Shown: positions 8,899-18,948, numbered from the stretch's first letter. The stretch is DNA of 43,829 bases from Gemmatimonadota bacterium (GCA_039591655.1 JBDHDE010000019.1:1-43829); one strand, 5' to 3'. The notes: a model not told the origin generated them from the letters alone. A program made the numbers and translations.

Positions 8899-9921
8899 AT
8901 GCAGATCGACGTTATCGGCTGGGCCTCCGACGGCGGAGTGCGGCTGCTCGACCAGACGCGACTCCCGGCCGATGAGACCTACCTGGAGCTCCACACGATC
9001 GATGAGATGCTCGAGGCCATCCGCTCGCTGCGGGTGCGGGGCGCACCACTCATCGGCGTCGCGGCGGCCATGGGCCTCGCCGCCGCCGCCGCCCGGGAAG
9101 CCGAGGCCGGCACGCTCTCGCCGAAGTGGGTCGCGGACGCTGCTAGACGCCTTGCCGCGGCCCGCCCCACGGCGGTGGACCTGAGCTGGGCGCTGGCACG
9201 GATGTGCAATGCGGTGGAGGAGGTGTCTGAGAGAGGCGCCGGATCGCAGGACCTGCCCCGCACCCTCCGCGAGGAGGCCCAGCGCATCTGGGACGATGAG
9301 CAGGCCATGAGCCGGGCCATTGGCGAAGCCGGCGCGGGGCTGATCCCCCCGGGGGCTACCGTACTCACCCACTGCAACACCGGAGCCCTAGCCACGGGCG
9401 GACTGGGGACTGCGCTGGCGGTGATCTACGTGGCTCACGAGCGGGGCCAGGGGGTGCACGTGATAGCCACCGAGACGCGACCGCTGCGCCAGGGCGCCCG
9501 TCTCACGGCTTGGGAGCTGGGCAACGCCGGAATCCCCACCAAGGTCATCGTGGACGGCGCCGCAGGCGCGCTCATGCGGGAGGGAGCCGTGGATCTAGTG
9601 ATCACCGGTGCCGACCGGATCACGGTGGCCGGCGACGCGGCCAACAAGATCGGGACCTACGGCCTCGCGGTGCTGGCCAAGGCCCACGGTATCCCTTTCT
9701 ATATTGCCGCGCCCCACAGCACCTTCGATCTTGCGCTGTCATCGGGTGAGGAGATCCCCATCGAGCACCGCTCAGCGGACGAGGTGGACGCCGCCCCCGG
9801 CGTCGCGGTGCTCAACCCCGCGTTCGACGTGACGCCGGCGGAGCTCATCACGGCGTTCGTCACGGATCGAGGTGTGATCGAGCCGCCGTATGGGGAGGGG
9901 ATTGGGAGGGTGATGCGGTAG
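8899..9921 (+). CDS. mtnA: S-methyl-5-thioribose-1-phosphate isomerase
   Basis: LLDQTRLP, VRGAPLIG, RPTAVDL, THCNTGALAT, ETRPLRQGARLT, GADRI, ANKIGTY, NPAFDVTP. Confidence 0.93.
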   Translation: MQIDVIGWASDGGVRLLDQTRLPADETYLELHTIDEMLEAIRSLRVRGAPLIGVAAAMGLAAAAAREAEAGTLSPKWVADAARRLAAARPTAVDLSWALARMCNAVEEVSERGAGSQDLPRTLREEAQRIWDDEQAMSRAIGEAGAGLIPPGATVLTHCNTGALATGGLGTALAVIYVAHERGQGVHVIATETRPLRQGARLTAWELGNAGIPTKVIVDGAAGALMREGAVDLVITGADRITVAGDAANKIGTYGLAVLAKAHGIPFYIAAPHSTFDLALSSGEEIPIEHRSADEVDAAPGVAVLNPAFDVTPAELITAFVTDRGVIEPPYGEGIGRVMR

Positions 9922-9956
9922 ACAGGACCGTGCCGGAGCGAACGTCAGTGTAGCAC

Positions 9957-10628
9957 CTAAGCCACTACCGCATCCCTCACGTGAGCCTCGATGAACGTAC
10001 ACCACTCGTCGAGACCCTCGCCGGTGAGCGCCGACGTCTGGAAGAACCGCAGATTGGGGTTCACCTCCCGGGCGTAGGCCAGGGCCCGGTCCACGTCGAA
10101 CTCCAGGTGGGGCAGCAGGTCGATCTTGTTGAGCACCGCGTAGTCCGCCCGCTTGAACATGGCCGGGTACTTCACCGGCTTGTCCTCGCCCTCGGTTACC
10201 GAGAAGAGGACCACCTTGGCCTCCTCGCCCAGGTCCCACGTCGCCGGGCACACCAGATTCCCTACGTTCTCGATGAAGACGAGGTCGGTGCGGTTGAGGT
10301 CGATGGCGTCCAGGGCGGTGAGGATCTGGCGGGCGTCAAGATGGCAGGCGCCGCCGGTCACCACGGCCTGCACAAGCTTGTCGGTGCAGCGTGACAGGCG
10401 CTCGGCGTCGTTCTCGGTCTGCACGTCGCCGGTGATGACGGCGATCTCCAGCCGGCCGCACAGCCGGTCCAGCGTCTGCTCCAGCAGCAGCGTCTTCCCG
10501 CTGCCGGGGCTCGAGACGAGGTTGAACGCGCACACCCGGTGTTCGGTCAGGCGCAGCCGCACCTGCTCGGCCAGCTCGTCGTTCTTCGCCTTCACGCGCT
10601 CCCGCACGTCGATCGTCCTGACGCCCAT
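9957..10628 (-). CDS. hypB: Hydrogenase nickel incorporation GTPase
   Basis: SSPGSGKT, GGACHLDA, ENVGNLVCPA, SVTEGEDKPVKYP, NKIDL; GGAGG RBS before ATG 10628. Confidence 0.9.
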   Translation of the reverse strand: MGVRTIDVRERVKAKNDELAEQVRLRLTEHRVCAFNLVSSPGSGKTLLLEQTLDRLCGRLEIAVITGDVQTENDAERLSRCTDKLVQAVVTGGACHLDARQILTALDAIDLNRTDLVFIENVGNLVCPATWDLGEEAKVVLFSVTEGEDKPVKYPAMFKRADYAVLNKIDLLPHLEFDVDRALAYAREVNPNLRFFQTSALTGEGLDEWCTFIEAHVRDAVVA

Positions 10629-10723
10629 CCGTACCTCCCAGAAGCACCGTCGATGTCGCCGCGGAGGCCCGGCCCCCACACCCCACCACACGACCCGCCG
10701 GGGCCCGCGACGACGTCGTCCGT

Positions 10724-10757
10724 AGCCTAGCCTGGAGGGGATTAAGAAACCGTTAAC
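10724..10757 (-). promoter_or_regulatory. Putative OmpR-family box plus -10 element facing hypB
   Basis: Minus strand TTAAC-GGTTTC-TTAAT, then 11 nt, then TAGGCT. Confidence 0.45.
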
Positions 10758-10831
10758 CCGGGGTGATAGAGACCGGGAACGGTTGACACCGGTCCAGCCG
10801 GGCCGTTCTGTACCACGATCCAGGAGTCCCC

Positions 10832-12316
10832 ATGGCGTCCATCCTCGCTCTCGATCAAGGAACAACTGGCTCCACGGCCCTCGTGATCGCCGACGACGGG
10901 AGCGTGCTGGGCCGCGCCTACCAGGAGTTCACGCAGCACTTCCCGGCACCCGGCATGGTGGAGCACGACGCCGACGAGATCTGGCGGGTGACGCTGGACG
11001 TGGCCCGGGAGGCGGTGAAGCGCTCAGGGGAGCAGCCCGCGGGGCTGGGCATCACCAACCAGCGCGAAACGGTGGTCGTGTGGGACCGCGCGACGGGCGT
11101 GCCGCTGCACCGCGCCCTGGTCTGGCAGGATCGGCGCACCGCCCCGCGCTGCCGGGAGCTCCAGGCGGAGCTGGGCGACGAGTACATCGCCGCCCGCGCG
11201 GGCCTCGTGTGGGATCCCTACTTCTCGGCCACCAAGATCGAGTGGTTGTTGACCGAGGTCCCGGATCTCAGGGCACGGGCGGAGGCGGGGGAAGCGGTGT
11301 TCGGCACCATCGACAGCTGGCTGATCCACCGGCTCACCGCTGGCGCCGCCCACGTAACCGATCACACCAACGCCTCTCGTACCCTGCTGTACAACATCCG
11401 AGCGCGGGACTGGGACGAGGAGCTCCTGAAGCTGTTCGGTGTGCCACGGGCGAGCCTACCTGAGATTCGGCCTTCCAGCGGCGTGGTGGGCGTGGCGGAT
11501 GGCGCGCACTTCGGTGGGGAGATACCCATAGCGGGGATCGCTGGGGACCAGCAGGCGGCGCTGTTCGGCCAGGGGTGCTGGGCGCCGGGTCAGGCCAAGT
11601 GCACCTACGGCACCGGCGCTTTCCTGCTCATGAGCGTGGGACCCGAGGCCCCAGCACCGGCGGAGGGCCCCGGCGTGCTCACCACGGTGTCCTGCGACGA
11701 GGGCGGCGGGCCGAGCTACGCCCTGGAGGGCTCCATCTTCATCGCCGGAGCCGCGGTGCAGTGGCTGCGGGACGGGCTCCAGATCATCGAACGGGCGTCC
11801 GAGACCGAGGCCCTCGCGGCGGGGATCGAGGATACCGGCGGGGTGTATTTCGTACCGGCGTTCGTGGGGCTGGGTGCCCCCCACTGGGAGGCCGAGGCCC
11901 GGGGGACGATCGTCGGGATCACCCGGGGCACCGGCCGCCCCCACCTGGTGCGGGCGGCCCTGGAGGCGATGGCGTACAGCACCCGGGACGTGGCGGAGCG
12001 CATGGCTGGCGCCTCCGGGGTGGGGCTCAAGGAGCTCAAGGCGGACGGCGGCGCCGCGAATAACGACTGGCTCATGCAGTTCCAGGCCGATGCCCTAGGC
12101 GTGCCGGTGGCGCGGCCCGACGTGGTGGAGACCACAGCCCTGGGCGCCGCCGGCCTGGCAGGGCTTGCCACGGGAGTTTGGCCCGATGCCGAGAGCTTCT
12201 CCCGGAGCCGCTCGTACCGCTGGTTCGAACCTGGACGGAACCTGAACGAGGATTATGCTGAATGGCTGCGCGCCGTAGAGACCGCCCTCCACTGGGCCCG
12301 CTCCGCGGGGCGTTAA
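10832..12316 (+). CDS. glpK: Glycerol kinase
   Basis: LALDQGTTGS, GITNQRET, VWQDRRT, YFSATKI, GDQQAALFGQ, KCTYGTG, YALEGS, ETTALGAA. Confidence 0.95.
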   Translation: MASILALDQGTTGSTALVIADDGSVLGRAYQEFTQHFPAPGMVEHDADEIWRVTLDVAREAVKRSGEQPAGLGITNQRETVVVWDRATGVPLHRALVWQDRRTAPRCRELQAELGDEYIAARAGLVWDPYFSATKIEWLLTEVPDLRARAEAGEAVFGTIDSWLIHRLTAGAAHVTDHTNASRTLLYNIRARDWDEELLKLFGVPRASLPEIRPSSGVVGVADGAHFGGEIPIAGIAGDQQAALFGQGCWAPGQAKCTYGTGAFLLMSVGPEAPAPAEGPGVLTTVSCDEGGGPSYALEGSIFIAGAAVQWLRDGLQIIERASETEALAAGIEDTGGVYFVPAFVGLGAPHWEAEARGTIVGITRGTGRPHLVRAALEAMAYSTRDVAERMAGASGVGLKELKADGGAANNDWLMQFQADALGVPVARPDVVETTALGAAGLAGLATGVWPDAESFSRSRSYRWFEPGRNLNEDYAEWLRAVETALHWARSAGR

Positions 12317-12345
12317 GCCGCCTTTAACCTCGACCTCACGAACTT
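12313..12345 (+). promoter_or_regulatory. Putative OmpR-family box plus weak -10 upstream of the ccm operon
   Basis: TTAAG-CCGCCT-TTAAC, then 11 nt, then GAACTT. The first half-site overlaps the glpK stop codon. Confidence 0.35.
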
Positions 12346-12402
12346 TTCCGGACAGGATGGATAGGATATATTCGGTTCGGAAGCCCTAGAGCAGCGGAGC
12401 TT

Positions 12403-12807
12403 ATGAAGGCACGCACGAAGTTCATCGTCGGAGCCGTAATGGTCGCAGGGACCGTCGGCTTTCTCATGACCTCCGGGATCAAAGAGACCGGGGTGTACTT
12501 CCTCACGCCGTCCGAGCTGGCCGCCAAGGTCCAGGCCGATCCGTCGTTCCACGATGTGGGTGTCAAGATGGGCGCCCGTGTCGTCCACGGCTCTATCGAG
12601 CGGGACGTCGGGTCCCAGACCATCACGTTCGAGGTGACCGACGGGGCGCAGATGTATCCCGTGGTGTACCGCGGTATCGCTCCCGACACGTTCACCGATG
12701 ACGTGGATGTGGTGGTGGAGGGGCGCCTGATGGCCGACGGCACGTTCCACGCGACGAGCCTGCTGGCCAAGTGCGGCTCTCGCTACGAGACGACTCCTTC
12801 CGCGTGA
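12403..12807 (+). CDS. ccmE: Cytochrome c maturation heme chaperone, CxxxY type
   Basis: YFLTPSE, VVYRGIAPDTF, VVVEG, LLAKCGSRY. Confidence 0.9.
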   Translation: MKARTKFIVGAVMVAGTVGFLMTSGIKETGVYFLTPSELAAKVQADPSFHDVGVKMGARVVHGSIERDVGSQTITFEVTDGAQMYPVVYRGIAPDTFTDDVDVVVEGRLMADGTFHATSLLAKCGSRYETTPSA

Positions 12808-12811
12808 TCGC

Positions 12812-14854
12812 ATGACCGTACTCGGACAACTTGCGCTGTGGCTCGCGCTGCTCCTCGGCGTATGGGGCACCGTCGTGGGCTTCGTGGGTGGCTGGCAACA
12901 GCGCCCGGAGCTCATCCGCAGCGCCCAGCGGGCCACCTACGCCCTCGCCGGGGTGCTCATCGTCGCCTCGATCGGCCTCCTCGTTGCCCTGGCACGCCAC
13001 GACTTCAACGTGGCGTACGTCGCGAGCTACACGAACCGCACGCTGCCGCTGGTGTACACGCTCTCGGCGTTCTACGGCGGGCAGTCGGGAAGCCTCCTGT
13101 TCTGGGCCGTGGTGCTGGCGGTGTTCGGCGCGCTGGCGCAGTGGCTGACCTCGCGGCGCTACGACCACTTGCTGCCCCACGTGGCGGGCATCACCTCGGC
13201 GATCACGCTGTTCTTCGTGATCGTGATCCTGTTCGCGGCCAACCCGTTCGAGCGGCTGCCGTTCACGCCGGCGGACGGCAACGGGCTGAATCCCCAGCTG
13301 CAGAACCCCGGGATGGTGATCCACCCGCCGATGCTGTACCTGGGCTACATCAGCATCGCGGTCCCGTTTGCGTTCGCCATGGCGGCGCTGATCTCGAAGC
13401 GCCTCGACACGGGCTGGCTCCACGCCATCCGGAAGTGGACCATCGTGTCGTGGCTCTTCCTCTCCATCGGCATCACGCTGGGCATGTGGTGGGCCTACGT
13501 GGAGCTGGGGTGGGGCGGCTACTGGGCGTGGGACCCCGTGGAGAACGCGAGCTTCCTGCCCTGGCTCACCATGACTGCGTTTCTGCACTCCGTGATGGTC
13601 CAGGAGAAGCGGGGCATGTTGAAGAAGTGGAACATGGTGCTCATCGCTCTGAGCTTCATGCTCTCCATCTTCGGCACGTTCATCACCCGCAGCGGGATCA
13701 TCTCGAGCGTGCACTCGTTCACGCAGTCCGCCATCGGCTACTACTTCCTGGGCTTCCTCATCTTTGCGGCAATCGCGCTGGTCTGGCTCCTCATGAGCCG
13801 GATGCCGGTCCTCGAATCCGAGTCGCAGCTCGAGAGCATGGTGTCCCGCGAGGCGAGCTTCCTGTTCAACAACCTGCTCCTCGTGGGCATCGCGTTCTCC
13901 GTCTTCTGGGGCACGATGTTCCCCATGATCTCGGAGCTGGTACGGGGCACGCAGGTGACGGTGGGGCCGCCGTTCTTCAATCAGGTGAACATCCCACTTG
14001 GGCTGGGACTGCTGGCACTGACTGGGATCGGTCCCCTAATTGCGTGGCGGCGGGCGAGCCCCAGGAACCTGCAGCGGCAGTTCGCGGCTCCGGTGGCGGC
14101 GGGTGTGATCGTGGCGGTCCTGCTCCTAGCTCTGGGGATGCGCAGCTTCTACGCCATGATGGCTCTGGCCCTGGCCACGTTCGTGGTTGGGACGATCACG
14201 CAGGAGTTCGTTCGGGGCGTCGGTGCGCGCCACCGCCTGCACGGTGAGGGCTACCCGCAGGCGTTCGCCCGGCTCGTGGGGCGCAACCGGCGCCGCTACG
14301 GGGGGTATGTTGTCCACCTCGGCATCGTGCTGTACTTCGTGGCGTTCGTGGGGCAGGCTTTCAAGACCGACATCGAGGCCTCCCTCCAGCCGGGGGAGTC
14401 AGTGGATCTGCGCTCGCCGTGGGGTCACACGTACACGTTCACCCACCTTGGGGTGTCGCAGTACGAAGAGCTCAACCGGTTCACCACGGCGGCCAGCGTG
14501 GAGGTAGCCCGCAACGGCAGGCGCGTCGGGATCATGAAGAGCGAGAAGCGTCAGCACGTGGATTCGTTCGGGCGACCCTCGTTCGAGCCGTCCACCGAGG
14601 CCGGCATCCGGAGCGACCTGCGGGAGGACATCTACATCGTCTACGCGGGCTCCGTGGCAGGCACCGAGGAGGCCGTCTACCGGTTCACGCTCAACCCGCT
14701 GGTGTGGTGGCTCTGGTTCGGAGGCGCCGTGTTGGTGGCTGGCGGCGTAGTGACGCTGTGGCCGGGCGCCTCGTCCGGCGCGGAGCGTCGGCGCGCCATG
14801 GCCGGCTACGCTGCGAGTCTCACCGGGAAGGGCAGTGAAGTCGCAGCGCGCTGA
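12812..14854 (+). CDS. ccmF: Cytochrome c heme lyase CcmF
   Basis: GNGLNPQLQNP, HPPMLYLGY, WAYVELGWGGYWAWDPVENAS, TRSGIISSVHSF. Confidence 0.96.
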   Translation: MTVLGQLALWLALLLGVWGTVVGFVGGWQQRPELIRSAQRATYALAGVLIVASIGLLVALARHDFNVAYVASYTNRTLPLVYTLSAFYGGQSGSLLFWAVVLAVFGALAQWLTSRRYDHLLPHVAGITSAITLFFVIVILFAANPFERLPFTPADGNGLNPQLQNPGMVIHPPMLYLGYISIAVPFAFAMAALISKRLDTGWLHAIRKWTIVSWLFLSIGITLGMWWAYVELGWGGYWAWDPVENASFLPWLTMTAFLHSVMVQEKRGMLKKWNMVLIALSFMLSIFGTFITRSGIISSVHSFTQSAIGYYFLGFLIFAAIALVWLLMSRMPVLESESQLESMVSREASFLFNNLLLVGIAFSVFWGTMFPMISELVRGTQVTVGPPFFNQVNIPLGLGLLALTGIGPLIAWRRASPRNLQRQFAAPVAAGVIVAVLLLALGMRSFYAMMALALATFVVGTITQEFVRGVGARHRLHGEGYPQAFARLVGRNRRRYGGYVVHLGIVLYFVAFVGQAFKTDIEASLQPGESVDLRSPWGHTYTFTHLGVSQYEELNRFTTAASVEVARNGRRVGIMKSEKRQHVDSFGRPSFEPSTEAGIRSDLREDIYIVYAGSVAGTEEAVYRFTLNPLVWWLWFGGAVLVAGGVVTLWPGASSGAERRRAMAGYAASLTGKGSEVAAR

Positions 14855-15428
14855 GGGGCGCTACTCGAGGCGCGAGATCATCGGGCTCTCGCTGGCCGCG
14901 CTCTTCCCCGGGGCGCTGCTGCAGGGCCAGCGTGCCCAAGAGGGTGATTCGGCGACGACCCGACTGTACCGGCCAGACATGGCCGGGCGCCCGCGAGACC
15001 GCATCACGGACTACGAGAACGATCCATTCATCATCGGGATCGAGGAACAACTGCGCTGTACCTGCGGGTGCAACCTCGACGTGTACACCTGTCGTACCAC
15101 CGATTTCACCTGCGGCGTCTCTCCGGCGTTGCACCGCGAGGTGGTCGCCATGGTGGAGGACGGGAGGACGGCGGAAGAGATTCTCGACGCCTTCATCGCG
15201 CAGCACGGCGAGATGGTCTTGATGGCGCCGAAGAAAGAGGGCTTCAACCTCGCCGCGTACTTCGTGCCGGGAGCGGCCATCGTGACGGTGGGCAGCGCGC
15301 TGCTCTTTGCGCTCGCGCGGCGCTCGCGCCCGGCGGTCGACGTGGCTGCTGGCGCGAGCGGCGCGGCCGCGGGGGTGTCTTCCGAGGACGCGGCCAAGCT
15401 GGAGGCCGAACTCAGCAAGCTGGAGTAG
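14835..15428 (+). CDS. ccmH: CcmH/CycL-like cytochrome c biogenesis protein
   Basis: LRCTCGC, EEILDAFIAQHGEMVLMAP, C-terminal TM helix; overlaps the end of ccmF. Confidence 0.75.
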   Translation: MKSQRAEGRYSRREIIGLSLAALFPGALLQGQRAQEGDSATTRLYRPDMAGRPRDRITDYENDPFIIGIEEQLRCTCGCNLDVYTCRTTDFTCGVSPALHREVVAMVEDGRTAEEILDAFIAQHGEMVLMAPKKEGFNLAAYFVPGAAIVTVGSALLFALARRSRPAVDVAAGASGAAAGVSSEDAAKLEAELSKLE

Positions 15429-15434
15429 CGACCG

Positions 15435-15989
15435 ATGCTGGAGTTGATTGCGGGGGTGTTGGTGACGTTCGTGGCGGTGGGTGTGGTGCTGGAGCCGCTG
15501 ATTCCCAGGCCTGGTGCTCGACCCGCTGCGGCGCCGGCTGCAGAAGAGCCGGAGTTCATCGACATCGAGGAATCGGAGTCGCCCAAGATCCAGGCGCTCC
15601 TCGCGCTCAAAGAGATCGAGTTCGATCGGGCGACGGGCAAGCTATCGGACGAGGACTACAACGCCCTCAAGGCCAAGTACCAGCAGGTGGCGCTGGCCGC
15701 CATCGATGCCGAGGAGCAAGAGGGAACGCCCGGGGCTGGGACTCCTGCGGACGCGGCCGAGGAGTTGATCAAACGGGCCCGCGAGGCGAAGGTCTGTCCC
15801 AACTGCGGTCCGCGCCCGGAGGCGGACGCCGCGTTCTGCTCCGACTGCGGGCGCAAGCTCGCGGCCTCGGCTCCATCGAGCAAGAGTGGGTCGTTTTGTG
15901 ACGGTTGCGGCGCATCCCTCTCAGGGGGCGCGAAGTTCTGCGGGGAGTGTGGTGCGAAGGTAGAGGCGGCGACCGCGCCAGTCAGCTAG
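15435..15989 (+). CDS. CcmI-N-like protein with double zinc ribbons
   Basis: N-terminal TM, LKEIEFDRATGKLSDEDY, four CxxCG motifs. Confidence 0.7.
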   Translation: MLELIAGVLVTFVAVGVVLEPLIPRPGARPAAAPAAEEPEFIDIEESESPKIQALLALKEIEFDRATGKLSDEDYNALKAKYQQVALAAIDAEEQEGTPGAGTPADAAEELIKRAREAKVCPNCGPRPEADAAFCSDCGRKLAASAPSSKSGSFCDGCGASLSGGAKFCGECGAKVEAATAPVS

Positions 15990-16001
15990 GGAGCCACCGC
16001 G

Positions 16002-16017
16002 AGTGACCACCGTCACC
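16002..16017. promoter_or_regulatory. Degenerate CRP/FNR-like box
   Basis: AGTGA-CCACCG-TCACC upstream of the NHL/14-heme operon. Confidence 0.3.
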
Positions 16018-16158
16018 GCTTAACTCCCTTCCATCCAACAACATCCATGTAGGTCGCAGCGGTGATGCCGTCGCATCGGCGTCACCGAGGTGCACTCGTG
16101 CATTCCCGCGCGGCGGTGACTGTCGTGCGTAGGTGGAGGGGGAGGGAGGTACCTGACG

Positions 16159-17139
16159 ATGAGCGATATCCGACGGAGGCGAACTCTCTCCGTGGCAATC
16201 GTTGCCGCGCTGGGCGGGCTCGTGCTTGCGACGGCCTGCGGCGACCTCCCTCAGACGTCCCGGCAGGAGACGCCCCGAGGCAATCCCGAAGATCCCGTCG
16301 AGCCGGTGTTCGGCCAGCCACTCGATCCCGCCTGGATGGTGATGCGGTCCCCAACACGGGTCGCGGCCGCACCGGGAGGCTACCTCTTGGTGACCGATTC
16401 CCGCCGCCACGTGGTACTGCGGGTGGATGGTGAGACGCTCGAGCCCGACCAGGCATTTCAGACGCGGGGGAAGCCGCTGGCGATTGGCATGCACGCCGGC
16501 CGCATCTTCGTGGGCAACGCAACCACCGGCAGCATCGACGTCTACGAGGCCGATGGATCCTATCGTCAGTCCTTTGGGCCGGGGGCGGCGCCCTATCCCT
16601 CGGACCTGGCTGTCGATCCCCTGCGCGACCTGATCTTCGCCGTCGCCGGCGAGACCGCCGACGTGAGGGTATTCGATCTCGAGGGCCGGCTCAGCCGCAT
16701 CATCGCCGACGGCGGTGCGCTGCATGCGCCAACGGGCATCGCCCTGGACTGGGGTCGGCAGCTAGTGCTGGTGAGCGACTACGGGGCGCCGGGCGGCCAT
16801 GCCGCCGTCAAGATCTTTGACTACGATGGCGCCTACGTTGGCCAGTTCTCCGGTGAGGGAGACTGCGGCATGATGGGGTGCTCCGGAGGTTTCTCCCGCC
16901 CGCAGGGGATTGGCGTGGACGACGGTGGCCTGATGTACGTCACCGACGCGCTCCTTGGTCAGGTGATGGTGTGGGATCGGCAGGCCGGTGAGCAGGTGGC
17001 GGTGCTCGGCGCCCATGTCTCCGATGGCGGACGTCTCCGGCTGCCGCTGGACGTGCTGTGGAGCCCGGCGGTCGGTCTCGTAGTGATCAGCCACGGCACG
17101 GCCGCCGTGGAACGCCTGGTCGTGGGGTTGACCGAGTGA
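16159..17139 (+). CDS. NHL-repeat beta-propeller lipoprotein
   Basis: Lipobox LATA/C; repeats YPSDLAVD, APTGIALD, RPQGIGVD, LPLDV. Confidence 0.8.
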   Translation: MSDIRRRRTLSVAIVAALGGLVLATACGDLPQTSRQETPRGNPEDPVEPVFGQPLDPAWMVMRSPTRVAAAPGGYLLVTDSRRHVVLRVDGETLEPDQAFQTRGKPLAIGMHAGRIFVGNATTGSIDVYEADGSYRQSFGPGAAPYPSDLAVDPLRDLIFAVAGETADVRVFDLEGRLSRIIADGGALHAPTGIALDWGRQLVLVSDYGAPGGHAAVKIFDYDGAYVGQFSGEGDCGMMGCSGGFSRPQGIGVDDGGLMYVTDALLGQVMVWDRQAGEQVAVLGAHVSDGGRLRLPLDVLWSPAVGLVVISHGTAAVERLVVGLTE

Positions 17140-18932
17140 AGCCGCAGATCGTCTTCTCGACCGTCGTGGTCCTCGCCGCAGCCGCTCCGATGCTCGGCGG
17201 GAACGCGGGTGTCGCCCATGCGCAGCGAAAGCACGATACCTGCGACTACTGCCACGACCTCCATGGGGCGGGCTCAGCGCAGCTGATGAACTACGATCGC
17301 GCGGAAGACCTCTGCATGTCGTGCCATGCGGACGGGGCGCCGGCCACGTACAACGGCGAAGCCGTTCCCAAGGGAGTGACCATCCACGCGGGCAGCAAGC
17401 ATGCCGCGGACGACACTACGAGCTGTCGCGATTGTCACGACCATGAAGGTGAGACGGGCACTAACCTCGCGTTGATTCCTACCACGATGGACAATCGCTA
17501 CACCGGTGGTCCCCAGGCCGTCGTCTTCACGAGCCGCGGGACAGATGCCGCGCAAGACTCGACCGATTCCTTCGCAGATGGGGATGGCACCGGCGTCTGC
17601 GAGGTGTGCCACACGACCGCCACGGTCCACAACTATGGGCGGACGTGCCCCGACTGCCACGGCCACGACGGTGGGTTTGCCGGAGGTGGTGGGGCGTGCA
17701 CCGACTGCCACAACGGCGTCCAGGGCAGTCGCAGGGCCGTCGTCGGGGAGTTCGGTCGGGCGAGCCATCATGCGGCAACGCCGGCAGATACACTGGACTG
17801 CGTGGTGTGCCACGATCAGAGCCAGCACCAGCAGGGGAACGTCCGCCTGTCGAACGTGGACTATCCCGCTGTGCCGGACTCGTCCGTCGTGCTGACCGGG
17901 GATCCCAACAGCTCCGACTCAGAGGCTGCCTTGCTGGTCAAGTTCTGCTTGGCGTGTCACGACGCCGACGGGGCGAACGGCGACGCCACTCCCTTCTCGG
18001 ACAACGTGAGCGTGCCTGCGGTGGATGCCGCCGCCTGGAGCGCGGCATCCCACAACTCGTCCTCGCCGCAGGTGTCCTGCTACGGGGACGGGAGCTTCGG
18101 ATGCCATGCCAGCGGTCACGGGTCGGAGAAGCAGAACCTGCTCGCGCCGGGTGGCGTGGCGCCGTCGGCGCCTGCAAACTCTGAAGAGGAGGAGGGCTTC
18201 TGCTTCAACTGCCACGATAGCGACGGCCCGGCGACGGCCGATGTTCAGACCCAGTTCAACTCTGTTATCCAGTGGGTGACGGACATCGTAGGGGACTACA
18301 ACAACACGAACCTCAACGACCGCCACGACGTGCAGTACGCGGCCCAGGATACCAGTGGTGCCAAGATCGAGTGCACTGACTGCCACAACCCGCACACGGC
18401 GACCGCAAGTCAGCCCTTCATGACTGATCCGGACCCGTCCGATGGCCGGACGCCGGGGACCGGACAGGTGATGTCAGGTGCGAGCCTCATGACGGAGTTC
18501 TGTCTGGACTGTCACGACGGCGGCTACCCATCGGCGATCACGCCGCCCACGACGTTGCTCGACACCATCCGTGACACCTGGCTCACCGATGCGATGGGTG
18601 CGGGAGGCGGAAACGCCACGCTCATCAGCGGCATCGGCTGGGCGGACAACGACACCATGCCGTGCCTGGCCTGCCACAACCCCCATGTCACGGGCAACTT
18701 CTTCCACGCGGCAGACACCGTGTACTCCAAGGATGGCTCAACGGCCCTGTGGTACTACGTCAAGAACAAGCAGGGGGCAGTGATCGACTCCCTCATCCCG
18801 ACGATCACGGACAACTCCGTCAACCAGACGGACATCAACGGCTACGCATGGTGCAACACCTGCCACGACAACTCGATGGGAGACAAGAAGACCAACTGCT
18901 TCGAGTGCCACTATCACGGCACGAGATGGTGA
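17136..18932 (+). CDS. Large secreted multiheme cytochrome c, 14 CxxCH plus one CX7CH
   Basis: GTG overlapping the upstream TGA, signal peptide (VAHA/Q), 14 CxxCH counted plus CYGDGSFGCH. Confidence 0.88.
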   Translation: MKPQIVFSTVVVLAAAAPMLGGNAGVAHAQRKHDTCDYCHDLHGAGSAQLMNYDRAEDLCMSCHADGAPATYNGEAVPKGVTIHAGSKHAADDTTSCRDCHDHEGETGTNLALIPTTMDNRYTGGPQAVVFTSRGTDAAQDSTDSFADGDGTGVCEVCHTTATVHNYGRTCPDCHGHDGGFAGGGGACTDCHNGVQGSRRAVVGEFGRASHHAATPADTLDCVVCHDQSQHQQGNVRLSNVDYPAVPDSSVVLTGDPNSSDSEAALLVKFCLACHDADGANGDATPFSDNVSVPAVDAAAWSAASHNSSSPQVSCYGDGSFGCHASGHGSEKQNLLAPGGVAPSAPANSEEEEGFCFNCHDSDGPATADVQTQFNSVIQWVTDIVGDYNNTNLNDRHDVQYAAQDTSGAKIECTDCHNPHTATASQPFMTDPDPSDGRTPGTGQVMSGASLMTEFCLDCHDGGYPSAITPPTTLLDTIRDTWLTDAMGAGGGNATLISGIGWADNDTMPCLACHNPHVTGNFFHAADTVYSKDGSTALWYYVKNKQGAVIDSLIPTITDNSVNQTDINGYAWCNTCHDNSMGDKKTNCFECHYHGTRW

Positions 18933-18948
18933 CGTTGGCTCGGTCCGC

